From the NCBI GenBank assembly GCA_009103225.1, contig RHPI01002252.1, forward strand, positions 1-27,050: DNA of 27,050 nucleotides. The letters run 5' to 3'. Below, piece by piece: positions 1-10,375 of this stretch. Position 1 is the first letter of the stretch. Every line of letters begins with the position of its first letter. The position numbers and the translations under genes are program-made. The DNA is from Chlorokybus atmophyticus (lineage: Eukaryota > Plantae > Mesostigma and Chlorokybus algae). The notes under the pieces are model-generated. The model saw only the letters and a program-made list of their open reading frames with translations, had not been told where the DNA came from and searched no databases.

Positions 1-447
1 AGCTCAGCACAGATGTGTCCACCAGTGGTACTACGTACGGTTAAGCGCGCCTGTTGGATCGTCTCTCGAGCCCAGAAGTCTAGCATGCACATTTCAAACC
101 GATCAATAAGTCTGCCCGAGTTGCCTGCTAATCCGTCGTCGGTCATGGAAAAGAATCCGCAACTGATGCATGTTGACACAGCGACAACCTGGCTGCAAGG
201 GCAATACATCTTCCAGCCGTCCAACTCGCTGGCTTGTTATGGCCAATGCTGCGTCTGTAGTCATGCGTAATGCTTTGAAGGCGTAACATCAACTGGTAAC
301 GGTTTTCTTTTCTTGCAGCTGCTACGAGCACATCCAATATAGCCATCATAAGCCATCATAGCAGACATTCCATATCGATTAGTGTCGCCGCCTCAGACGT
401 TCCACAATTGCAATAACAACATCACATTCACACGGATTGACGTTCGG

Positions 448-616
448 GGACCATGCATGGTCCTTCCACGGACCCCGCGGGCCATACATGGTCCGTCCCC
501 GCGGACCACGAGTGTCTGGTCCGCGAGGGACGGACCGTCCATGGTCCTTGTGGGGCCCCTACACCTGGCGCGCAGTTGCGCACCACATATGGTCCGTGCC
601 GCACCTTGTATGGTGC
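448..616. repeat. Left subterminal array of the 16-bp palindrome GGACCATNNATGGTCC (5 copies)
   Basis: Copies at 448-463, 479-494, 532-547, 580-595 and 601-616, with 0-3 mismatches and irregular spacing. Confidence 0.85.
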
Positions 617-646
617 GGCACGGACCAGTACTCTACGCTGGTTCCT

Positions 647-986
647 AAAAGACATATAGTCTGACTTGGAAATGGTAAAGTTGTATTATTTTATTATTGT
701 TTTGCCATTTTCAAGTGCGAATGCATAAGGCTCAAGGTTCAGGGTGGCAGTTACATCCTCAATTACACTCTTGCGACGCACAGCATGTTTAAGGTAATAA
801 AGTCCTTACACCTATGGCACGAGTTCGAAAGGCATGGCAGGTTGTTACGTAGTGAATAGCAATACTTTATTAAACACTTGCCACATTACAACGTTGTACA
901 TCACACATAGAAAACAGCATTGGATATCACTTGCAACATTGCTGGGTTGCACTCAATGAACACACAATAAATGCATGTTGGCAACG
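647..986 (+). repeat. 340-bp dispersed direct repeat, copy A
   Basis: Matches 22682-23021 at constant offset 22035 with 4 substitutions (about 98.8%). The match ends exactly at the N at 987. Confidence 0.95.
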
Positions 987-1735
987 NCGTACATACATTG
1001 TTGTAAGTATATTGATGCGCGTACACATGTGCATTAGACCTTTCATATGCAAAATTATATACATTATAAATAATGTGTAAAAATATGATTGTACAAAGTG
1101 TTATGATTACTGTACAATTACATAGTCTAAAATAATAACTATATCAAATTTACATCCATGCATTGCGCGTGTTAATTGCATTAAATATAGTTCGTTGGTT
1201 ATTACATTATCATAATGTTCACAACCGTTAACATCATACCATGAATACATATGTTGATGCTGTTCGCATGTTGCATTGCTAGGCGTAGTTTATGGTATGA
1301 TTGGTTTTAATTATTTGTGTGAAACGAAAGCGCAAGCAATGTCAGATGTTATGACTTATAGCCTTACTTGTATAACCTCATAAATGGCCTATAAAAGCCT
1401 TATGCGACCACAGAATCATCGACAGCCCGATAAGGTACACTGGCTGCATTGACAGTCGCAATTTGGCTACTATCACTAAGCATTGTCACAATGACAGCCC
1501 CTAACAAGTCTACAAATTGTACTGGCGTATTGACAACCGCCGAGTTCGCGGCTACCGGTATGTAGTTTACCACCGTCCATGTAACTGGTACAGCCTATGA
1601 GTGCTACAATTGCATGGCAGTGACAATCTCCGACTGTCCATCGACAATTACTGCCGCCGGCCGATAGTCGCCAAGCGGCTGTCGGCGCATGCAATAAACT
1701 ATGGTATAGGTTGCCATGCGACCCTACCGGTACGT

Positions 1736-1807
1736 GCACTTGTAGCTTAGTGGTTAGGGCGTCGTCTTTGATATGCTAAAGGTGCTGGGTTCGAATCCGG
1801 CCGATGC
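1736..1807 (+). pseudogene. tRNA-derived sequence (tRNA pseudogene or SINE head) with intact Pol III A and B boxes
   Basis: A box TAGCTTAGTGG at 1743-1753, D arm GCTT/GGGC, B box GTTCGAATCC at 1789-1798. The acceptor stem pairs only 5/7, the T stem is defective and the anticodon stem does not pair, so it is not called a functional tRNA and no isotype is assigned. Confidence 0.7.
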
Positions 1808-2031
1808 GTGTGTTCTTGACTAATCATTCCACTAACGCCGCGGAGCTGGCCGCGGCCTCGTGCGCCGCAGGTTGGGCGTGGCCGGTGCCGCCGGCAAAGA
1901 TGTCTCAACTTTTACTGCATTTGCACTCATATTTACATTGGTCCATAATAAATTTCGGTCCATGGTCCGCTGGCCGGACCAGTTATATTGAAGTTTTGTA
2001 ATGATATGATTTAGTCCCTGGTCCGATGGCC

Positions 2032-2226
2032 GGACCATACCTGGTCCTGACGCAACAGTAATTGGCCGGACCTTAAGTGGTGCGTACCAAGGGACAATGG
2101 TACCATTCACGTGATATTCGGACCATGAATGGTCCGACTGTCGATGAAAAACAGACCATGCAAGGTCCACCGATTTCATTTAGCAGGGGGAAATCCCGGT
2201 CCTGCGTCACGGACCATTCATGGTCT
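2032..2226. repeat. Right subterminal array of GGACCATNNATGGTCC (5 copies)
   Basis: Copies at 2032-2047, 2068-2083, 2120-2135, 2153-2168 and 2211-2226, plus half-sites GGWCC at 1955-2025. Confidence 0.85.
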
Positions 2227-2244
2227 TTGAACGTCAATCCGTGT

Positions 2245-2318
2245 NNNNNNNNNNNNNNNNNNNNNNNNNNNNNNNNNNNNNNNNNNNNNNNNNNNNNNNN
2301 NCCCCCCCCCCCCCCCCC
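2245..2318. other. Assembly gap (57 N) followed by a poly-C run
   Basis: N at 2245-2301, C at 2302-2318. Confidence 0.99.
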
Positions 2319-3884
2319 AACACAGCCCCGTCGGCTTTTTAAAAGGGGGGGACTGAGTTTTGACTTAGGAGGACTATACTACTATATATGGTATATATGT
2401 ATACATATATGTTTGAAATGTGGATTACACGTATACATTTCATGTCAATGTGTTTAATATACGATCGCACATCGCATATCGCATATCTTTAATGATGTAT
2501 ATGTGATACGGAATGATATGCCCATGTGTTGTGTGCAAAATACACACATTTACATTTGCAACTATGTATGCACCGGTATCTTTGATACCCCCCCACGCCA
2601 ATCATAAACATTCAATCAAATTGTATGTAAATAGTTACGTCATTTGCTAATGAATGCGCATTGCATTTAAGATTATGGGGCTGCTAACGACTCCACCAGG
2701 TTACATAAACATTCACGTTCGTTGCCAATGAAGTGTGCTATAAAACATTCATTTAATTTGACCATGAACCATGATCAGTCTACATTATCGACCGTTCACA
2801 CGCAAGTGTGCGTGAACGTTCACGTCAAGCATGAATGTTTACGCACGCGAACATTGACGGGAAAAAAAATAGAAGGTGTGATGTTCACAGTCCGACCATG
2901 GCAGCGTTACCTAAACAATTCTTGCAACCGGATGGAGTAGGCGGGAGTTGAATACAAGACCTTCAGCAAGGCAGACACATAGTGAACAGCTAGTCTACGC
3001 GGACACAACAAGCGATGGTGTGCAACATGTAACGTATTAACACTACTGTGACTGCCATCGGGGCGGCAAAACCCCACTACCACTGCCGCCATTATCGCTT
3101 TGCTGGCGGTGGGGTCGTCTTCGGCGGCGGCGGTGTGTGTGTGGTGTAATGGGAGTGGTGGAGGCGGCTGCAGAAGTAAAGGTGGCGGTAGTGGGGGCGG
3201 AGCGGCGGCACTAGGCCAACCGCGAAGACCTTTAGGCGCTGCGGGGGCGGCTCAGAAAGGGCGAGCGGATGAGCTGGCAAGACGGCGTCATAGTTAAAGT
3301 GTATAGTTAAAGTAGTTTAAGTAAGGGTGATATGGATGAATACAAATGATGTGATGCATCCAGGCGTGTGCTTGTGTACGCGTGCTTGCAAGCATAGCAT
3401 GCACTTCACACTATATGGCCAGCTAGCAAGCAGCCCACGCAAAAATAATGAGGTGATTCTCTATGCTATGTAGTGCAGTGCCACACAGCGGTAGTAGTGA
3501 GCACGTAAGTAGCCAAAATAGTGCTAGGGCGCATGTAGTAGTAAGTAGTAGCGGCAAAGGCAGCAGCAATTAAATACATAGAGCCAAGGTAGCGCTAGGC
3601 CAACGGGCAGTAGCAACAATTAGCAGTTGATGCATGCACAGCAAGGCAAATGAACCCAACAATAATGCGTCGTGCCCTCAGCAGGACCACAAGCAGCCAG
3701 CAAGGACAATGCATGCATGCATGTGCACGTGCGTACAGAGGTTGTAGCACGTGCGTACACAGCATGCGTGTGCCAATGTGTGTGTACAAAATGCTTCAGT
3801 GACAGTGTGTGGCTGTCTTTGTGAGAGCATCTCACACACTTGGAAAAAGTGATAAAGGGAGTGCTTGTCTAGGAGCACGGGTAG

Positions 3885-3886
<2 letters not shown>

Positions 3887-3922
<36 letters not shown>
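3887..3922 (+). repeat. (GA)18 microsatellite
   Basis: Read directly from the sequence. Confidence 0.97.
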
Positions 3923-3925
<3 letters not shown>

Positions 3926-6485
3926 GCGCAGCACCACCCTGCCTCCAGCGAGCTTGCTCCACCACTTCCCCCCTCGTCCTCTCACGCCCTCACCCTCAGC
4001 CTCGTGTCGTGAATAGAGACAAAGTTTTGTCTCCGCCAGCAAAGCGGCCGGCTGGAGCCTAGACCTGCAAGAGGCCAAGACAAGTGCAGCCGGAGCAGCC
4101 GCTGGTCCGGCGGTTAGGCCACGCAGGCTATACAAGCTGGCGTGGTCTACTTTGCGTGGCAAGGCCACCTTGCCGTGACGCCTACACGCCACCAGGCTAA
4201 CACAACTAGGCCAAGCGCTTGGCCTGGTGCGCCGGCCTGGCTGCGCCCAGCTTGCCACCAGACCAGGCCCAGCCACTCAGGCCAATGACTGGCCTGGTAC
4301 GAGCAATTTGCATTGACGGCAATGTCGCCCTTGATCATTCATGGGCACTTGTACAACATCAACGGCCGTACAGGATCATCATGGTACATGCCTCCTGTCA
4401 TTTAAAGGATGTAAGCATGCATGGCATACAGTGCACATTCATGGCATATGCGCCGTGAATGTGCTGTTTGTTATCTGCACTCTGTAACGGCAATGAGCAT
4501 TTGGTTTACGGTAGGTGTATGTTATAAATTCGTTGCGGCATGGGGCAGACTGCACGCTTGGTCGTTAAAGTTCATGCCCATAGCACGAGAATCAACAAAT
4601 TTCGGCCAACGTCAATAAGCATTCATGCCGTTTAGCGTGAATTTTTAGTTTTTCGCGGGTCTCATCAACACCAGCGACGCAAACATATGACTTGCAAACA
4701 ATATGGTATATATACTATCTGTTTGTATACATACTGATAGTGTACATATGCATTATTTTAAGAGCGTGATACATGTATATGCTTGAAATGCTGATAAAAT
4801 TCTCTTTTTATGGGCCATTGTGGCATAATTGTTGCTTATCTTGTGGGCCGCGTCACCCTGCTGCCGCCTTTGCAGCTGGCCTGCCAGCACCACTATAGGT
4901 TACGCTACTGAGTACGACCAATAGTATCATGCCCATTGTCCTCGCATGCCAGCCTTCATCGAGCATGCTTACGTCAAGACCCTTCCCTGGCCTACCAGCA
5001 TACCGACCTGCGCGCGTCACTGCTCAGTGGCTAGGTCATGACTCGAAACTAGCTCATAACCATAGCCTACATAGGCACCGCGCGTAGCTGTTCAGTTGTG
5101 AGGTTGGTTATAAGCTGTACTCTATATCAAGTAGGAGGTGTTCGCGGGAATAGCCTTAATATGACTATTGGCTTATGTTTAAGACAATTATAATGACTTG
5201 TATACGTAGTCGCAGTGTTCACCAAACCAGCTGGTGACACTGTGAGTGAGAAACTTTTGAGAGCTAAGAAAGCTAAGTTCTTGTGAAGCAATTTGAACTA
5301 TGAACACGCCGTCCTGGTTTCCAAGAATCCCCTCATCGTGTGAGAGCCTGTGCATGCTCTTGTGCACTGTGCTTGTTATTGCTGTGAATCTTGGTGTGCT
5401 TGGTTGCGGTGTGCTTATTGGCATAAGTCAGGGTATAGCATCCACATGTTGCTTGCTCATTCACCTCAGGTAACAGACAAACCAGATGTTTTCACTCATG
5501 CAAAGAACTGTGTAAACAGCGCTACCTATAGCAGTGGCTTGTTGACTCACAGTATCACCCTCTTTGCTCAAATAAGTGTGGTTGCATTCCGTGCATCAGA
5601 TGTGCAGCTTAAAATTTAATACATTATAGTGAATTGTTATCATCGCATAGTGCGCACAAGCACTAGTGTGTTGATTGGTAGCAGCATTACGAGAGCTTGA
5701 TACAGCACGAACACTCTACCCTTCATACACTTCCACTAACGCATCAGCTATCAGTAGGCCCTCCCCATTCTCGCCAATAGAAGAGGGGAACCTCAGCTGC
5801 TGAAGCCCAACCTCCAACCTTACCTACGCGCGAGCAAGTGAAGGAAGCGGTTACCATAGCAGCACAGACGCATGCCCCGTCTCCGGTTCCACCTCCTTCC
5901 ACTTTCCACTCTCCTCATCAGCGAACCTCTCACCCTCGTTTGAATGGTGACGACGACAAGATAGAGCCTTCCAGCCCAAACAACTCCCTGCGCTCCTCCG
6001 GGCGCCATGGCACCACATCATTTGCGAGTTCATCATCAGGTTCCACTCCAAGATGCGGCAGCAAGCCCTGAGTAAAGATTGAACGCATAAGGTGTCATTT
6101 CATGTGTCGGTGCGATATCTCGATCATGAAGCACATGATGTGCGGGAGTCCGTTGCTAAATTGCACTAAATCAATGCCTACGGCGAGCTGGCCTGCACCA
6201 TAGCCTCCACATCACTAAACAGCCCAGCAGCTATGGCCCCTGCAGCAGCGGCCCCAGTCACCGGTCTCACCTTAGCCACAGCTATGGGAAAGGCAGAAAA
6301 TGAAGAGGCTGAGATGGTGGTGACCGTAACTCTTGCAAAGGTCGAGGCTAAGAAGGCCAATCATCAGGGTGCTTAACCATACCGCTGCCATATTAGGGAG
6401 CAGCAAGAGGAGCAATAACTTGCAGCTCTGGAGATGGGTACACCTCCGCTACCAACACCGGGCTCACATGTTCTAGTAGGAGGCA

Positions 6486-7341
6486 GTGTCTTCACCCTCG
6501 GGTTCAGTGGCATTGCGCGCACCAGCTCTCACGATGGGCGCCGCCATGTCAGACTCTCCCCTCAAGGACCTCTACGCTGCAATGCGGCGCACCTTCCCAC
6601 CTCAAACCAACAGTATGGTGGAGGAGTTGAGGCGCTTTCGATGGAAGCCCAACGAGGACCTCCTCTGGTTCATGGCTGGAGGGATTGTCTAAGGATACTG
6701 ACTACCAGATCGTTAGTGAGGAAGCGGCAACAGTGGCGTACGTGGCCTAGTAGAACCCCACCTTGAGTGAGTCGACGCGCCTGATGCTGAATTACAGCAG
6801 GCCCCTTGGCTACACCCTCAACAAAGCTTTCAAGACTGCACAAGCCATTCACCAACGCGCGGTGTATAAGCAAGCAGTGCTGGTTTATGGCTGGAGGGAT
6901 TGTCTAAGGATACTGACTACCAGATCGTTAGTGAGGAAGCGGCAACAGTGGCGTACGTGGCCTTGTAGAACCCCACCTTGAGTGAGTCGACGCGCTTGAT
7001 GCTGAATTACAGCAGGCCCCTTGGCTACACCCTCAACAAAGCTTTCAAGACTGCACAAGCCATTCACCAACGCGCGGTGTATAAGCAAGCAGTGCTGGAC
7101 ACCTGTCTACGTGTCACGACCCATGGCAAGCACGAGTGTAGAGCCCCCTCGGCAAGCCGCAGGCGGGAGACTCCCGGCACCGCAACAAGGATAGACGATC
7201 AGCTCATGCTGCCATTGTTGCTCCCGTGCTGTGCCATTGGTGTGGTCGGCATGGGCACTACTAGAAGAAGTGCACCGAAGAAACTACGGCAACCTGGTAT
7301 GCGGCTATTGTCACAAGGTGGGACACCACTGGTAGAAATGG
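6486..7341 (+). mobile_element. Degenerate LTR-retrotransposon gag with two CCHC zinc knuckles
   Basis: Gag-like helical segments LYAAMRRTFPPQTNSMVEELRRFRWKPNEDLLWF and YQIVSEEAATVAYVAL*NPTLSESTRLMLNY. Knuckle CHWCGRHGHY*KKC at 7232-7273 is an exact CX2CX4HX4C. Knuckle CGYCHKVGHHW*KW at 7300-7341 has its last Cys mutated. Stops and frameshifts throughout. It may extend upstream to about 5800. Confidence 0.7.
6665..7098 (+). repeat. 215-bp tandem duplication within the gag relic
   Basis: Unit 1 is 6665-6879 and unit 2 is 6880-7094, with 3 substitutions. CTGG microhomology at both junctions (6665, 6880, 7095). Confidence 0.95.
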
Positions 7342-7605
7342 CCCCCCAACAGTTCGGCCTTGCCCACAACTTAAAATGGAGATCAATTTATAACTTAATT
7401 AGGGATCCATGTAAGCAACATATCGATTTTTGCACTTGATCCAATCGCAGCCACAATTTAGTTTAATATCTAGCTGCCATTAAGGAAAAGTAGTTGGTGT
7501 GCATTAAGCTTGATATCCGTCTTTTCTTGAATTCAATAATGGCCACATCCTATACTTATTTTTGGTTAGATCAAATATTAAGGGGATTAATCTTAATGCG
7601 TGATC

Positions 7606-7964
7606 TAACCAAAGATGTTATGGCCGCAGTTCGCGGCTAAAAACCAAAAAGTCGTAACGCAGGGGAGCTCGCAGCTCCATCGCCGAGGAGCGAACCTGCA
7701 CGGACGAACTTGCCAGAATCATAAAGAGCAACCTACAACCCAAGCACTGACCGACTAGACTACGACGGCACGGACACTTCATANTAACCAAAGATGTTAT
7801 GGCCGCAGTTCGCGGCTAAAATGGCCAAAAAGTCGTAACGCAGGGGAGCTCGCAGCTCCATCGCCGAGGAGCGAACCTGCACGGACGAACTTGCCAGAAT
7901 CATAAAGAGCAACCTACAACCCAAGCACTGACCGACTAGACTACGACGGCACGGACACTTCATA
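7606..7964 (+). repeat. 178/180-bp tandem duplicate separated by a single N (probable contig-overlap artefact)
   Basis: 7606-7783, N at 7784, then 7785-7964. Identical except AAAAACC versus AAAATGGCC. Confidence 0.9.
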
Positions 7965-10068
7965 CCGCGTTGGTAAAAATTATATCCTTTACAGCGGCTG
8001 CTCAATTGTCTCACGTGCCGCAACGCATGCATGCCAGATGTATTGCATTCATGTATTACCGGTACGCAATGCATGTACCAACGCCTGCATACAATAGCAC
8101 TAGGCTACCCTAATCGCTAAACAACTGACAGGTGTATATATATATGTATGTAAACATGTATTATTGTCAGAATTATCAAATATATATACACAACAACATG
8201 ATAAGGGACATGTATACATGTACACATATACATGTATTTATATACATAATCATGCGTCCTAAACCAATATAGACACCTAGGTTAACAGCTAGGCACCGGT
8301 AGGTGTTTTTAGATAAGTTATCCGCTTGCGGGTGGCCTGGAGACCCAAACCTAGCTTAGCGGCGCCAAGTGTCCAACTACATCGTTGATTGTAGGGCAAG
8401 CTGTTGCCATAAACTCCCTTTGTCACCTACCAAGTCGTGCCGGTGCGTTTTTATTAATGGAGTGGCTGCGTGATCATCAATACCATTCTTAAGGTAGGCC
8501 GCCAGCACGCGGGTACTTAAACCGGCGATGTATTGATGATCAGGCTGCAAAAGATTGAGACAATTGTACTATTGCGGTGTAGCGACCGACGTTATAGCTT
8601 TATAGTGGCTAGATCCATGCGTCATTGACGGAATCAATGAAGCACGTGACAAAGATTCGCACCGGCTATCTTTCCAACCCATAGCGTTAGCGTGCATGGT
8701 TGATTCTCGACGTGTGTGAATGCTTGTAGCATCTGCATTTGGGGAGCAACCTTCCGTGTGCCAACTATGTTCGTGGAAATCAATGCGGTGAGGTAGGTGC
8801 TCCTTCCGCAAAGTTACATCGAATTAGGCCTAGGCCTAAGTTGGGATTCGAAAGGTAGCGACAAAGGTATAAACATTTATCACTACCTAGGTACCGAGGC
8901 TTTAGGGGTTCCGACTCCTCATGCGGTGATGGGAAGCCGCGAAGGACGGTTAGCGTACGACAAGTCAATTAGGTCAGAACATAACAATCACTCATAGCTG
9001 AATCTATTCGGAGAAAGAAATCCCCTAAGACTTTATGCGAGTAGGATTAAGCGAAGGCGCTATAATCATAAGTACCCCCGCCAAGCAAACAGTCGCGAAA
9101 ATCTCAAAGGCATGGACTAGCTTTTTAGCAGCGCACGCTAGCACCTACTTGGCGCGCGTCCCATAGCCGCAAGAGGATTTAGCCATTTGAAAAGATATGC
9201 GGATTCCTGGATACGCAAATACACGCCTAAATGTCGGATTCAACCTAAGCGAGGTTGGGGAGAGAATTGGAAGTTGAGTAGGGTTCTTTATCTCCCTTGC
9301 CGCCGGCACTCTCTGGTGGCGACGCGCCTCCCCGCACTTAGGAATGTTGAGGGCGTAACCCTTTCTCAAAGTTTCAAGTGATAGTTCACTAAGTGAATGA
9401 AGTGAAGCAACAAGTTGAATCAGTCAGTGAAGCATTGGCCGAAGTCGCGAAGGCGCGAATTCCGAGAATCGCGAAGTGTACACGCTTTGCTTGTGAATAA
9501 AATTGCGCTAAGTCCGTGTGTAGATAACTAAGGTCGGCTTCACTGAGTGAAGCACTTAAATCAAGGCAAAAGGCCTCCGTTACAGTCGCACACCAGCACG
9601 ATGTTGCTACCGCCGCCGCTGTCGCCGCCAACAATTTTGCACGCCTCACAAGGACTCAGGGTTAAGACGGCTATGGCGGACGTTGAACAATTGTGAAAGT
9701 GATGGCGATCACAGCCTATGACTTAAATTCGATGGCAGTCAACAGCAGCCTGCAAACAATGGTTATCGGTGATCAACTTGCCTGCCTCAAGGGTCCGAGC
9801 GCAATCCGATTGCGCACGGGCCCTTGGGAGGCTTCCCTCTTTAAATAACGAGGAATGGACTTCCCTAAAGTCTTGTACAAACACGAATCAAACAGCACAT
9901 GCACGTACGCTGCCATGAGCAGGTACTGTATGTAGGTGATTAATTTTGATTTGTATGATTGTTGCAGCAACCATTTGTGTGCTGCATCTCCCGTGAAGCG
10001 TTGAACAATGTTGTTGCGAACGCGCACAAAGTGCGATGTACGCGTGAAGTGGGTGACATGCATGCCAC

Positions 10069-10375
10069 CAGCTGCTAGGATCATGGATTTTGTCTTTGTA
10101 AATGAGCGTTCAGGTGTTGTTGCCGGAGGTAAAGCCGGGCGAGATGTTAGGGGGGTCAGCGGCGATGTCAGTGATAGTGGTGCGATCGCCAGGGGGGGGG
10201 GGGGGGGGGGGGGNNNNNNNNNNGCTAGATTCACAGTAGAGACTGTGACCTGCAGTGGTTAGTTGGCGGGCAGCGTGTGCAAGAGACCGGTGGCATCATC
10301 GACCACGCCCTCCACGTGCGCAAGCGACCACTGCCCCACACTCATCTCCGTACACACCATGCGCCCCACTAGCGC
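10069..10375 (-). pseudogene. Exon remnants of a decayed spliced gene (unknown product)
   Basis: 10375-10250 is a 126-nt block bounded by ttgcAG and GT that reads ALVGRMVCTEMSVGQWSLAHVEGVVDDATGLLHTLPAN*PLQ with GC-rich third positions. About 10200-10069 reads PGDRTTITDIAADPPNISPGFTSGNNT*TLIYKDKIHDPSS. One stop in each block. Confidence 0.35.
10192..10222. other. Poly-G run plus assembly gap
   Basis: G at 10192-10213, N at 10214-10222. Confidence 0.99.

Larger units (their letters stand above)
430..2244. mobile_element. Non-autonomous TIR DNA transposon (CAC...GTG-type termini; superfamily unassigned, EnSpm/CACTA-like architecture)
   Basis: 34-bp terminal inverted repeat. 430-463 is ACACGGATTGACGTTCgggGACCATGcATGGTCC and the reverse complement of 2211-2244 is ACACGGATTGACGTTCaaaGACCATGaATGGTCC (30/34; first 16 identical). 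Palindromic subterminal repeats lie inside both ends. No transposase ORF. The right flank is an N gap, so no TSD can be checked, and an N at 987 lies inside. Confidence 0.75.

Noticed and set aside
448-616. Short palindromic repeats as a CRISPR array
   Set aside because: 16-bp units with gaps of 15, 37, 32 and 5 nt, mirrored at the other end of a TIR element, no cas genes, eukaryotic context.
382-664. Overlapping ORFs on both strands (also 1832-2457)
   Set aside because: By-products of GC-rich palindromic repeats and an N gap; no recognisable protein.
5534-5547. GTGGCTTGTTGACT shared with 20913-20926, as evidence of paired LTRs joining gag and pol
   Set aside because: Only 14 bp with no extension either side; about one such match is expected by chance in 27 kb.
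9562-9655. Minus-strand peptide PCEACKIVGGDSGGGSNIVLVCDCNGG as a second PHD finger
   Set aside because: It lacks the His and the later Cys ligands, is flanked by stops, and another frame (9389-9649) is open for longer.
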